Shown piece by piece: positions 11,586-24,647 of a stretch of 64,000 nucleotides of DNA. Below the pieces are notes generated by a model. It did not search any database. It was not told the DNA's origin and worked only from the letters and a program-made list of their open reading frames with translations. Within the stretch, counting starts at the first letter, position 1. The number at the start of each line of letters is the position of its first letter. The DNA comes from Camelus dromedarius (taxonomy: Eukaryota), in the NCBI RefSeq assembly GCF_036321535.1, contig NC_087436.1, positions 68,884,001 to 68,948,000 of the forward strand, written 5' to 3'. A program made the translations under genes and the position numbers.

Positions 11586-13859
11586 AGATATTTCTGAGGC
11601 AGAGAATTGTACAATTTTTTAGAAACTCATTGTAGGAATGCAGTAATTCAAGGAATCTGTTTCATAGTTATTCACTTTTAAGAAAGAAAAAAGGATTAAG
11701 TATTATAAATATATTTACAACTCTATATATCACTATATCTAAATAGAGAGTGGCTTACTAGAAAAATAAAATATTTCTGTGTAAAAAAGAGTCTTTAAAG
11801 GTAGTATGAAATCTAGGTAAGTGGATTTTAAGTTAATGAGGAAAATCCAAACAACCAGTAGCTGATGAGTTGTTAGTTGGGAATTAGTCCCAAATAAATT
11901 TGATGAACAATTAAATCGTTCAACTAACATAGTATGTGCCAGGCATTCTAATTGGTACTGGCAGGCACAACAAAAAGTATGATATATTTTCTTCATAATA
12001 GTCACAGGTGACAAAAACTAATAAATAAAGTGTTATTTGTATATTCCAAATGGAGAAAACCCTCTGAGACTTAACTACACTGGGGCATGGATTATCCATG
12101 GAGAGTAGAGATAGCTTTTCAACAACACCTCTTCCACTCAGCCCAGCACACTCATCCCTTACTATTCCTGTGAGCCTCAAAGCCAAAGAAAGCCAAAGGC
12201 AATATGGCAAAAATTTATCTGAGTAGGGATTGGGACCATCGAGTTTTTAAGGATTTTAGATCTGGAGGGAAAATTTTTGAAAATCTTGAAAATGGAAAAT
12301 AATAGGAATGGAGAGGTCTAAATGGTTCCTTAGTCTATTTACCAGATGAAGGTCTTTTACTTTCCCAGCTTTTTACTTCAGTCTATTTTTCCTGTCTCTC
12401 TCCCTTTACATCACTTTCATTTCTCTCCTTACCTTTCTGGTAGATTTATTTTGCCTTTAACCAGCTATAACATTTAACCAGAATTGACATTTACATAAGC
12501 CTTAAAAGAAACTGAATTAAAACTGTATGTTTATTTATCCCTATCTCTCCAATGCCAAAAATGGTGACTGGTACATAGCAGTTCTTGAGTAAATGCATGA
12601 CTATTAAAGATACTGAAGAGCAAAAAATAGATTAACTAAATTCTCTTTATTGGTGTGGAATCACCATTTTCACCCTGCAGATTAGAGATACTTTGAAATA
12701 AAAATAATAGTAGTAGTAATTATCATTTTGTTTCTATTATTGTCCATTTGAAAAGAATATCCTAATGGGTGCTAGTTCTAGAAGTAATATCAATTAAATG
12801 TGAAAAGTTGTTTTTGTTTAATTTGTTTTTTAGCAACCTAAACCTTAATTTGTGCCTCTAAGGTGAGCAGGGAGAAGGGGGAACATTTTTAGTCAAATGG
12901 TCTGCCCCTGAGCTAGTCATTCAAGGGGAACATTTTGAATGATTATAAGAAATTGTAACTAATGGGGGAGACTGTGATCCAGAAATCCACGTGTATTTTA
13001 TTGAGTTTTATATACAATATTATATTATTACCAGTGAAGAAAAGAGTGCAACTCTAGTTAAAAGTCATTAGAAAAGACATTTGTAATTCCCTTATTACCT
13101 TGAGCAACTTGCACTCATTAACATCATATTTGTATATGAAGAATTAATGTTCAAGGTGTAGAAAAATACAGAATAGATCAGACAGGGGAGTGGGGGCTAA
13201 AAACATTTAAGATTTATTTTCTAGAGACTTCCTTCCAAATACATTAAAAACAAAAATCTTAGAAGTATTTGCTTCTCACTTTTTATAGTCTTATGTACAA
13301 ATTATTCTTATATTGTTCTTTAATTTTTTATTTTAAAAGGCAAATGATTTCTCAAAGGACATTAAAATTCTTATTTTTTGAAGTTTTACTTACATTTATC
13401 AGTTTCACAATGGGGATTAAAATACAGTACTTTCTATACAACTTATGTATTTCTTCCATTTTCAGTGTATCAAATGCATAATTTAGAAAGATCACAAACA
13501 GCATTATGTATTCTAAACTCTGAGTTGAGGGTGAGAAAACACCTTCTTACTTTCTCCATCATTCCACACCTACAAATTTACACAATTTTACCTCAGCCTC
13601 TCTGTTTTTCCTCCTTTCTCTGTGATTATGTCATTTTCACATTAAATTTTCCAATTAAAATCCAACATGTTAAACTTACCAAATCTTAAATAAAAAATCA
13701 TTAGCATTGTTTCCTGAAATAAGAATATTAACATTACTGTTGTTATTTTCTTCAACAATAGAGAAAAAAACTTTTGAATTTACAATTCAGAATAATTTCC
13801 TGAATTGGAAACCACAAATCTGAAACAAGTCTTTTAAATATAAAAAATAATAAACTTAC

Positions 13860-13870
13860 TGGTACATCAT
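13860..13870 (-). CDS. TMPRSS11G: Coding part of exon 1 of the next TMPRSS11 paralogue (M-M-Y-Q), most likely TMPRSS11G/DESC4; the rest of the gene is inferred to lie left of the window
   Basis: Minus strand reads ...ctgcattctcaacggcgtATGATGTACCA|gtaagttt, the typical TMPRSS11 11-nt phase-2 first exon with a consensus donor. Mouse Tmprss11g starts MYQ (recalled), and G lies directly 3' of F in the cluster on the same strand. Confidence 0.72.
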
Positions 13871-14198
13871 ACGCCGTTGAGAATGCAGACTCTTCTGCCT
13901 CTGTGCTGCTTTGTGATTTCTCGTCAAATGAGTAGCATCCTGGGCATTCTTTCAGACTTGGAAACTGGATAAAGAGAGAATACTTAAGGACTTAAAATAA
14001 ACTAGTTTAACAAGTTGGGATGGGTAAACTTTAACCAACAGTATGGTTTGAGGTAAAGAATCACTTGAGAATCTTTGTTGCAGGAAGTAAGAATTTCCTG
14101 GTTCTGGCTAATTAAATGAGAAATAATATTGTGCCCAAAACCTAAGCAACACCCTTGGAGCAGTTTTTGTTTGTCTTTCAAGAGATGGCACTCTGTTC

Positions 14199-14297
14199 TG
14201 AGTCAGTACAGTCTGGTCTTAAGGCCCTGCCTTTATTTCTGTCAGAGGCAAGTGTGAAACAAGATCCGAGATTTCCGTAGTGGGTTTCCTTGACTCA
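14199..14297. promoter_or_regulatory. Two consensus AP-1 sites in the putative TMPRSS11G upstream region
   Basis: TGAGTCA at 14199-14205 and TGACTCA at 14291-14297, 330-430 bp upstream of the ATG, beside a locally CpG-richer patch. Confidence 0.35.
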
Positions 14298-17021
14298 CTT
14301 TTCTTGCTGCGGTGGTACGTGTACTCATTATGTCTGCCCAGTAATTCATTTGTGTCTGCTTAAAGGGGAATCCAGCTTTAACGTGGGAAAATGAAAACAT
14401 ATTTGTGCCATTGCCTCTTTCAAGGGCTTCCCTGACTCTCCATGCGCTTTCCTTTGTAGCTACAGCAGCGTCTTTGAGTTTCCTTTTCTGTTGATCAGAT
14501 CCTTTTCTCCTCATTGTGTCTTTGCCCGCATGCCTAAAATATTGTTTCCTTTCTTTGTAGTGCAATTCTCAATTCAAAATCCACCTCACTGAAAGGTTCA
14601 AGTCATTTAGTTAGGATCTGACTACACAGGGTCCGTAGACTCTGAAAGCCTACATTCTAAGATAACTGCTCCTGGATGTTTTCTTTTAATTTCCCTACCA
14701 ACCAAACAACCCTCGACCCATGCTTTCCCTTCAAGCAGGCATTTAGTTTTAGTTTTGCTTAATTTCAAAATGTTTCTCCTGTTAGATAGTGAAAGATTTG
14801 AGGCCAGAAACTGTGATGTCTTTGAATGAATGCACTTATCAGCACCTCTGCAAACACTTTGACATTCAATATGTGGTGAATCTTTCCTTAAGTCAATTTG
14901 ACAATCAACATTTAAATTCATATTTCAGTTTCTCTTTTCTTTTGAAAAGAAGTTTTTGGCAAAACAGAAACATATAATTACAATTAATAAATGAGCATGG
15001 GGAGATGGGGCCAAGATGGTGGAGTAGTAGGACGCTCGTAGCTCAGCCTTTCCCACAGATACACCAAGACTCACATCCACGGACCCACCCAGCCAACCAG
15101 AGCACCTGCGGAACTCCAACAGAGCATTGTCCTCTTCAAAAGACAAAGATGCCAAAAATCTGGTAGGAGAAAGGACAAAAAGAGAGACGAAAAGGCAAAA
15201 CAGTGTGGAACCGGTCCCGCAGGGAGGGACTCGCAAAGGAGGACTGGCGCTCATTCACTGGGTCTCCCCCTCTCCAACGGAGAGGCCAGTGGGAAGGAGG
15301 GGGAGCCTCCGAGGCTCGGATCTGTACGGAGCAGACCTTGACTGATAGAACTAAGTTAAATGGGCACAGAGGGTCCCTGCAACACCCAGCCCGAGACCCG
15401 AGGTGGGAGCTGGGGGCCGGGACAGGCTGCACGAGCGGGCAGAGGACGGGGACAGGGACGGCTGCGCTGAGGCAGCCCTGGGGGACTGCAGGGTGCTGCG
15501 CAACGTGGATGAGTGGGTGCACAGGGCAGAACAACCTGGGCTCCCTGTAAAACAGCACAGCTGATGTGCCCTGGGGGGAAGGGTGCATACCCCATCTCTG
15601 AAAACCCACGGAAGGTTTTTGGTGAGGAGAGCTGGGGCTCAGGTGCAGCTGCCATATCCTCCGGCACTTGGCACCCAGGTGGGGGTGGGGGGTGAGGCCT
15701 GAATCTGCGCCTGGGGGCTTGGCACCCTCAAAGGCCAGACAGTGACTTGTTTGCAGCCGCAGTTAGATAGGATCCTTCTGCCGTGGTGCCTCGCAGAGTT
15801 CGTGCCGCCAGGACAAACGAGCTGAATTTAGACACGGAGCAGCGGCGGGGCTGTTCGGCAGTCTTCCCAGGGTCCGCCTGGGGAGGGCTGACTTGGGGCG
15901 GAGCGCGCAGCGGCGTGGAGCTGCGGAGCAACAGGCACTGGGAGATGGCAGGTGGTCCCCCGCTTTTCCAGCAGGAATGCTGTGCTGGGAGGGGGCGCGA
16001 TCTGCTTGGCGACGGGCACTGGGAGCAGCACAGATGAGGGCGCCAACAGAGGGCCTATGAAAACAGCAAGCTGAGTTCGCGAAACAGGGCGAAGACAGAA
16101 AGACTTCTCCGTAAGAGCGCACAGTCTCCAGGAGAACACCCCCTCCCCCCCTTTTTAAAAAATCTGTTTTTACCTGTTGTATTTTCCATTACTTTTTAAA
16201 TTTTTACCTTTCAAACAATTATATATCCTCTCAGTTTTAATCCCTTTTAAATTTTTCTTTTAAAAAATATTATTATTTTAAAAAATCCACGTCATGTCAT
16301 TTTTCTCTCTCTTGGTTTTGACCTCCTGTTGTTGATTATACACAGGTTTCAAATGTTTTTTTTCCTCTTTTCTCCTTTTTTAAAGGTTTTTAAGAGACGT
16401 CTTAGCCCGATTGCTATTCTGCTTCAACTTGCTCTTCAATTATTCATTATACACTGTTTTCAAACCTTTTTTTCTCCCATTTTTCAAAATTCCCTCTTTA
16501 TCATATCTTTTTCTGCCTGTTCTATTTTTTATTACCTTTTTAATTTCTACTTTCTAAAAAATTGTATATGCTTCTAGTTTTAATTCCTTTCTAAATTTTT
16601 CTTTATAAACAATTGTATATGCTTCTAGTTTTAATTCCTTTTAAATTTTTTTTAAGTATTTATATATTTTTTTTTAAAATCCACCTGATTTCATTTTTAT
16701 TTCTTTTGGCTTTGATCTCCTGTTATTGATTATAAATAGGTTTCAAATATCATTTTCTGATCTTTTTTCCTTCTTTTAAAAGGGTTTTTAAAAAAGATGT
16801 CTCAACTTGAATGCTAGTCTGATTCAAATTACACCTCTATAATTATTATACACTGTTTTCAACTTTTTTTCTCCCTTCTTTTAAAATTCTCTTTCTCTCT
16901 CTCTCTCTCTTTTATTTTTTAACTTTTATCCCTACATAGGCATTAGATAGATAAATAAATAAACTCCTTTAAGGACCACAATAAATAACTGATACTCTGT
17001 AAGCCAGAGTGCCAGAGAGAG

Positions 17022-17921
17022 ATGAGCAAGATGAAGAAGCAGAGAAACCATTCCCAATTAAAAGACCAAGAGAAATTCCCTGAAACAATGATCAATGAAA
17101 TAGATATCGATAACCTACTAGATCAAGATTTAAAAAAAAGGAGTGATCAAAGTACTGAAGGAACTAAAAGACATAGTGTTTAGAGATATAAAATATGTCA
17201 AAAATGAAATCGAAGCTATAAAGAAGAGCCAAGTAGAAATGGTAAACTCATTGACTGAGATGAGAACGGATCTAAAGGCTGTGCAAAGCAGACTAGATAA
17301 TGCAGAGGAACAAAATAGTTACCTAGAAGACAGGACAACAGAAAGCACCCAATCAGAACAACTGCAAGATAAACAAATAAAAACAAATGAAAGCAACATA
17401 AGGGACCTATGGGATAATATAAAGTGTGCCAATCTTCGCATAATAGGGGTCCCAAAAGGGGAAGAAAGATCAAAGGGGATTGAAAAAGTTTTTGAAGAAA
17501 TCATGACTGAAAACTTCCCAAACTTAAGGAATCAGATATCCAAGTACAGGAAGTTCAAAGGGTCCCAGACAGGAAGAACCAAAACAGACCCACACCAAGA
17601 CATACCATAATCAAGATGGCCAGAGTCAAGGATAAAGAAATGATCCTAAAGGCAGCAAGAGAAAAGCAAAGAGTGAGTTACAAGGGAACCCCCATAAGGC
17701 TCTCAGCTGATTTCTCTACACAAACACTACAGGCCAGAAGGGAGTGGCAAGATATATTCAAAGTCCTGAATGAAAAAAAGATGCAGCCTAGGATACTTTA
17801 TCCAGCAAGGCTATCCTTTAGGATAGAAGGAGAGATAAAGAATTTCACAGACAAACAAAAAGTAAAAGAGTTTAGCAACACTAAACCCATGCTAAAAGAC
17901 ATATTGAAAGGTCTACTCTAA
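17022..17921 (+). pseudogene. L1 ORF1p remnant (frameshifted)
   Basis: ATG at 17022; fragments 17143..17610 and 17616..17921 carry ORF1 motifs; frame breaks in A-runs. Confidence 0.9.
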
Positions 17922-18305
17922 ATAGAAAAGAAGCAGGATGCTACAGAAATGAGAAACTCATAACTGGAAAAGTGGTAACTCATGATTTACAAATAAAATA
18001 AACACAAAATTGTAAAAGAAGGCATCTAAGTCATTAAGAGTGGGATAGGGAAGCAAGTATTTTTTTTCTTAGAGTATTTTTTTTCTTTCTTTTAAAAATT
18101 TTTTTGTTTTTGGTAAGATGGGTTTGAGATATAGTAAAGGGCTAATAGAGTTACAGAAAAGGGTAACCACAAGCCAGAAACTTACAAGGGAATCACAAAA
18201 ACTAAGTAAAATCCATGATAATACAAAGGAAAATTACCAAACCACAAAAGGAAGAAGAAAGGAACAAAGAGGAAATACCAAGTCAACTGCAAAGACAAGT
18301 TCAAA

Positions 18306-21300
18306 ATGGCAATAAACACACATCTATCATTAATTACTGTAAATGTTAATGGACTAAATGCTCCAGTCAAAAGACAGAGTGGCAGACTGGATAATAAAGC
18401 AAGAACCTTCAATATGCTGCATACAAGAGACCCACTTTAGGGAGAAGGACACATACAGATTGAGAGTGAAAGGATGGAAAAAGATATTCCATGCAAATGG
18501 AAAAGCCAAAAAAGCAGGTGTTGCAGTACTGATTTCAGAAAAAATAGACTTTAAAACAAAGGCCATAAAGAAAGTTAAAGAAGGACATTTTATAATGATT
18601 AAAGGAATGATACAAGATGAGGATATTACACTTGTTAATATATATGCACCCAATATAGGAGCACCTAAATACATAAAAATATTACCAACAGGGATAAAGG
18701 GGGATATTGATGGGAATACAATCCTAGTTGGAGATTTTTTTTTAACATTTTTTATTGATTTATAATCATTTTACAATGTTGTGTCAAATTCCAGTGTTCA
18801 GCACAAGTTTTCAGTTATTCATGGACATATACACACTCATTGTCACATTTTTTTCTCTGTGAGTTATCATAACATTTTGTGTATATTTCCCTGTGCTATA
18901 CAGTGTAGTCTATTCTACAATTTTGAAATCCCAGTCTATCCCTTCCCACCCTCCACCCCCCTGGTAACCACAAGTCTGTATTCTCTGTCTGTGAGTCTAT
19001 TTCTGTCCTTTATTTACACTTTGTTTTTGTTTGTTTGTTTGTTTTTGTTTTTGTTTTTTAGATTCCACATATGAGCGATCTCATATGGTATTTTTCTTTC
19101 TCTTTCTGGCTTACTTCACTTAGAATGACATTCTCCAGGAGCATCCATGTTGCTGCAAATGGCATTATGTTGTCGGTTTTTATGGCTGAGTAGTATTCCA
19201 TTGTATAAATATACCACTTCTTCTTTATCCAGTCACCTGTTGATGGACATTTAGGCTGTTTCCATGTTTTGGCTATTGTAAATAGTGCTGCTATGAACGT
19301 TGGGGTGCAGGTGTCATCCTGAAGTAGATTTCCTTCTGGATACAAGCCCAGGAGTGGGATTCCTGGGTCATATGGTAAGTCTATTCCTAGTCTTTTGAGG
19401 AATCTCCACACTGTTTTCCATAGTGGTTGCACCAAACTGCATTCCCACCAGCAGTGTAGGAGGGTTCCCCTTTCTCCACAGCCTCTCCAGCATTTGTCAT
19501 TTGTGGATTTTTGAATGACGGCCATTCTGACTGGTGTGAGGTGATACCTCATTGTAGTTTTGATTTGCATTTCTCTGATAATTAGTGATATGGAGCATTT
19601 TTTCATGTGCTTTTTGATCATTTGTATGTCTTCCTTGGAGAATTGCTTGTTTAGGTCTTCTGCCCATTTTTGGATTGGGTTGTTTATTTTTTTCTTATTG
19701 AGTCGTATGAGCTGCTTATATATTCTGGAGATCAAGCCTTTGTCGGTTTCACTTGCAAAAATTTTCTCCCATTCCGTAGGTTTTCTTCTTGTTTTATTTC
19801 TGGTTTCCTTTGCTGTGCAGAAGCTTGTAAGTTTCATTAGGTCCCATTTGTTTATTCTTGCTTTTATTTCTTCTAGGAGAAAATTTTTTAAATGTATGTC
19901 AGATAATGTTTTGCCTATGTTTTCCTCTAGGAGGTTTCTAGTTGGAGATTTTAACATCACTAGACAGATCTTCCAGACAGAAAATAAATAAGGCAACAGA
20001 GAAACTAAATAATACAATAGAAAAATTAGATTTGGTGGATAGTTTCAGAGCATTACACCCCCCCAAAAATAGGATATACATTCTTTTCAAGTGCACATAG
20101 AACATTTTTCAGGATTGATCATGTACTTGGGCACAAAAGAAGCCTCAACAATTTTAAGAAGATAGAAATTATCTCAAGCATCTTTACTGACCACAATGCC
20201 ATTAAACTAGAAATCAACAACAGAGAAACAAAGGAGGAAAAAGAGGAAAGCATGGAGATTAAACAATATGCTATTAAAAAAACAATGGGTCAACGGGGAA
20301 ATCAAAGCTGAAATTAAAAAATACCTTGAGAGAAATGACAATGAAAGCACAACGGCACAAAATTTATGGGACACAGCAAAGGCAGTGCTAAGAGGGAAGT
20401 TTATAGCAATACAGGCCTTCCTCAAAAAAGAACAGTCTCAAATAAACAATTTAACCCACCAACTAAAAGAACTAGAAGAAGAAGAACGAAAAACCCCAAA
20501 AGGCAGCAGAATGAAGGAAATGATAAAGATCAGGGAGGAAATAAATAAAATAGAGATTTGAAAAACCATAGAAAAATCAATCAAACTAAAAGCTGATTTT
20601 TTTTAAAAAGTAAATAAAATCGACAAACCTGTGGCCAAAATCACAAAGAAGAAAAAAGAGAAAGCACAAATTAGCAAACTAAGAAAGGATAACAGAGAAA
20701 TTACAACAAATAAAATAGAAATACAGAATATCATACGAGAGTATTATGAAAAACTATATGGAACCAAACTGGATAACCTAGAGGAGATGGACAATTTCTG
20801 GAAACATACAGTCCACCAAGACTGAATCAAGAAGAAACTGACCACTTGAACAAGCTGATCAGTGGAAATGAAATTGAAATAGCAATTAAAAACCCTCCCT
20901 ACAAAAAAAAGTCCAGGACCGGATGGCTTCACCGGGGAATTCTACCAAACATACAAAGAAGAACTCATACCAGTCCTTCTCAAACTCTTCCAGAAGAATG
21001 AAAAGGAGGGAATACTCCCAAACTCATTCTATGAAGTCACCATCATGCTGATCCCAAAACCAGGCAAAGACACTACCAAAAAAGAGAATTATAGGCCAAT
21101 ATCACTGATGAACATAGATTTCAAAATCCTCACCAAAATATTAGCAAATAGAATCCAACAACACATAAAAAAGATTAGACATCATGATAGGTGGGGTTCA
21201 TCCCAGGGACACAAGGGTGGTTCAACATATGCAAATCAATGTAATACATCACATCAACAAGAGAAAGGACAAAAACCACATGATCATCTCAATAGATGCA

Positions 21301-23308
21301 GAAAAAGCACTTGATAAAATTCAACACCCGTTTATGATAAAAACTCTCACCAAAGTGGGTATAGATGGAACATATCTCAACATAATAAAAGCTATATGTG
21401 ACAGACCTATAGCCAGCATAGTACTCATCAGTGAAAAACTCAAAAGCTTCGCACTAAAATCTGGGACAAGACAAGGATGCCCACTATCACCACTCCTATT
21501 CAACATCGTCTTGGAAGTCCAAGCCAGAGCAATCAGACAAGAGAAAGAAATAAAAGGGATCCAAATTGGAAAACAAGAGGTAAAAGTGTCACTGTATGCC
21601 GATGACATGTTACTATATATACAAAACGCTAGGAGATCCACACAAAAACTACTAAAGCTGCTCAAAGAATTTAGCAAGGTAGCAGGTTACAAGATTAACG
21701 TTCAAAAATCAGTTGCAGATATTTACACTAATGATGAATCAACAGAAAAAGAAAGTAAAGAAACAATCCCCTTTAAAATAGCACCCAAAGTAGTAAAATA
21801 TCTAGGAATAAATCTAACCAAGGAGGTGAAAGAATTATACATGGAGAACTATAAAACATTGATGAAAGAAATTAAAGAAGACTTTAAAAAATGGAAAGAT
21901 ATCCCATGCTGTTAGATTGGAAGAACCAATATTGTTAAAATGGTCACATTGCCCAAGGCAATCTACAGATTTAATGAAATCCCTATCAAATTACCCAGGG
22001 CATATTTCACAGAACTACAACAAATTATAATAAAATTTATATGGAACCACAAAAGAACTAGAATTGCCAAAGCATTACTAAAGAAAAAGGCTGGAGGAAT
22101 AAAGCCCAGACTTCAGACAATACTATAGAGCTACAGTCATCACGACAGCATGGTATTGGTACAAAAATAGACATATAGACCCATGGAACAGAATAGAGAG
22201 CCCAGAAATGAACCCACATACTTTTGATTAACTAATCTTTGACAAAGGAGGCAAGAATATACAATGGAATAAAGACAGTCTCTTCAGCAAATGGTGTTGG
22301 GAAAAGTGGACAGCAGCATGTAAAGCAATGAAGTTAGAACACTCCCTTACACTATACACAAAAATAAACTCAGAATGGATGAAAGACTTAAACATAAGAC
22401 AAGGTACAGTAAACCTCCTAGAAGAAAATATAGGCAAAACATTATCTGACATACATCTCAAAAATGTTCTCCTAGAACAGTCTCCTCAAGCAATAGAAAT
22501 AAAAGCAAGAATAAACAAATGGGACGTATGGAAACTTACAAGCTTCTGCACAACAAAGGAAACCATAAGTAAAACAAAATGACAACCTACGGAATGGGAG
22601 AAAATTTTTGCAAATGAAACCGACAAAGGCTTGATCTCCAGAATATACATGCAGCTCATATGACTTAATAAGAAACAACCAAACAGCCCAGTCCGAAAAT
22701 GGGCAGAAGACCTAAACAAGCAGTTCTCCAAGGAAGAAATACAAATGGTCAATAGGCAGATGAGAAAATGCTCAATTATCACTAATTATCAGAGAAATGC
22801 AAATCATAACTACAATGAGGTATCACCTCACACCAGTCAGAATGGCCATCATTCCAAAATCCACAAATGACAACTGTGGAGAGGCTGTGGAGAAAGGGGG
22901 ACCCTCCTACACTGCTGGTGAGAATGCAGTTTGGTGTAGCCATTGTGGAAAACAGCGTGGAGATTCCTCAAAAGTCTAGGAATAGTCTTACCATATGACC
23001 CAGTAATCCCTCTCCTGGGCATATATCCAGAAGGAACCCTACTTCAGGATGACACCTGCACCCCAATGTTCATAGCAGCATTATTTACAATAGCCAAGAC
23101 ATGGAGACAGCCTAAATGTCCATCAACGGATGACTGGATAAAGAAGAAGTGGTATATTTATACAATGGAATACTACTCAGCCATAAAAACCAACAACATA
23201 ATGCCATTTTCAGCAACATGGATGCTCCTGGAGAATGTCATTCTAAGTGAAATAAGCCAATAAGAGAAAGAAAAATACCATATGAGATCGCTTATATGTG
23301 GAATCTAA
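18306..23308 (+). pseudogene. L1 ORF2p remnant (endonuclease / reverse transcriptase / C-terminal), multiply disrupted
   Basis: EN motifs (CCIQETH, NIYAPN, GDF), RT motifs ([32 protein letters not shown]); many stops and frameshifts; interrupted at 18739-19937. Confidence 0.93.
18739..19937 (-). mobile_element. 5'-truncated young LINE-1 (ORF2 C-terminus + 3' UTR) nested antisense in the host L1 endonuclease domain
   Basis: Perfect 15-bp TSD ctagttggagatttt (18724-18738 / 19938-19952); T-tail at the left end; open ORF2 frame to the stop at 19058 including [18 protein letters not shown]. Confidence 0.96.
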
Positions 23309-23660
23309 AAAAAAACAAGCAAAGCATAAATACAAAACAGAAACAGACTCATAGACATAGAATACAAACTTGTGGTTGCCAAGGGGGCGGAGGGTGGGAA
23401 GGAATAGATGGGATTTCAAAATTGTAGAATAGGTAAACAAGATAATACTGTATAGCATAGGGATATATATACACAAGATCTTATGGTAGCTCATATAGAA
23501 AAAAATGTGACTATGTATATGTTCATGTATAACTGAAAAATTGTGCTCTACACTGGAATTTGACACAACATTGTAAAATGATTATAAATCAATAAAAAAT
23601 GTTTAAAAAAATGAGCATGGGAGATTGTTCAAATTGGCTTATAAACAAAATTTCTATACG

Positions 23661-24286
23661 TTTGTCAATTTTCTGTTAACATATAAGAAATTACTACAAA
23701 CTTAATCACTTAAAACAACAGCCATTTTTTATCTGTTTTTATTCTGTTGATTAGAAGTTCAGGTGGGCTCAGCTTTGTTCTCTGCTTTGTATTTAAAGGC
23801 TAAAAGCAAGGTGTGGACTTGGCTGGGCTCCTATCTGGAGACTGTGGTGAAGAGTCACTTGCCTGCTCATTCAGGCTGTTGGTAGAATTAAGTTCACTGC
23901 AGAAGGGCTAAGATCTGTGTTTCTTTGCTGCCTGTCAGCTTGGATTACCCTCAATTTCTAGAGGCTACCTGCATTCTTGACAAATGGTCCTCTCCATCTT
24001 CAAGCCAGGAGTACTGCATTTTTTAACACTTGGAATCTCTTTGATTTTTCTGCTATAAAGAAGAGACTATGCTCTACTTCTAAAGGACTAGATTTAGACC
24101 CACCTGGAAAAAAAAATTCTCCTTTTTGATTAACTCAAAGTCATGTGATTAGTAACCTTAATCATGTCTTCAAAATTCCTTTAACCATGTAATGTTCCAT
24201 AAGCATGGGTATAATATCTTATTGTATTCACAGTGAGATTAGAGCAGAAGATGTTGAAGGACAACTTTAGAATTCTGCCTGCCACA
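23661..24286 (-). mobile_element. MaLR (MLT1-type) solo LTR
   Basis: cttaaaacaaca...ggctgggctcctatctggag...agaattctgcctgccaca; near-TSD atacg 23656-23660 / atact 24287-24291. Confidence 0.7.
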
Positions 24287-24647
24287 ATACTGAAAAAAAG
24301 TATTGTTTTATATTTTTTAAACTATATATTTAACAATGAGAGTAGATTTTAGTGAAAATTCAGTATGCACAAACTGAGAATATGCTCAGTTGGTAAAACA
24401 GTTTTCAAGAATGGAAACTTGCTGAAGTGATAAGGAGGGAAGAACTTCCCTGCAGAGGGATTCACTTGTGCATGCAACATTACAGTGTGTTTAGAGCACT
24501 GTAATGTTTAGAGCACTAAAAGCACCTTTTAAAAAAACTAAAATGAAGAATAACAAAAAGAACCCAAGATGAGAGATTAAAATGGAAAATAGAAGATAAT
24601 CATGAAATTTTTTTTACATCTAGAAAATAGATTTTGTCTTTACCCTA

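Larger units (their letters stand above)
15002..23608 (+). mobile_element. Full-length but degenerate LINE-1 (lineage-specific, camelid-like) with a nested insertion
   Basis: 5' end ggggccaagatgg, CpG-rich 5' UTR, ORF1, ORF2 (EN, RT with YADD at 21595-21606), 3' UTR and AATAAA; TSD aaatgagcatggg at 14989-15001 and 23609-23621. Confidence 0.96.

Noticed and set aside
14925..16139. Cluster of ORFs resembling a CpG-island gene start
   Set aside because: This is the 5' UTR of the TSD-bounded L1, not a host gene
18739..19937. Twin-priming inversion of the host L1
   Set aside because: The segment has its own TSD and tail, and the host keeps its own copy of this region at ~22410-23608, so it is an independent insertion
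19058..20017. 319-aa ORF as a functional or novel gene
   Set aside because: It is the ORF2 C-terminus of a 5'-truncated L1 with no promoter; its first ~27 residues are antisense host-L1 sequence read across the TSD
15002..23608. Retrotransposition-competent L1
   Set aside because: ORF1 is frameshifted, and ORF2 has many stops and frameshifts plus a nested insertion
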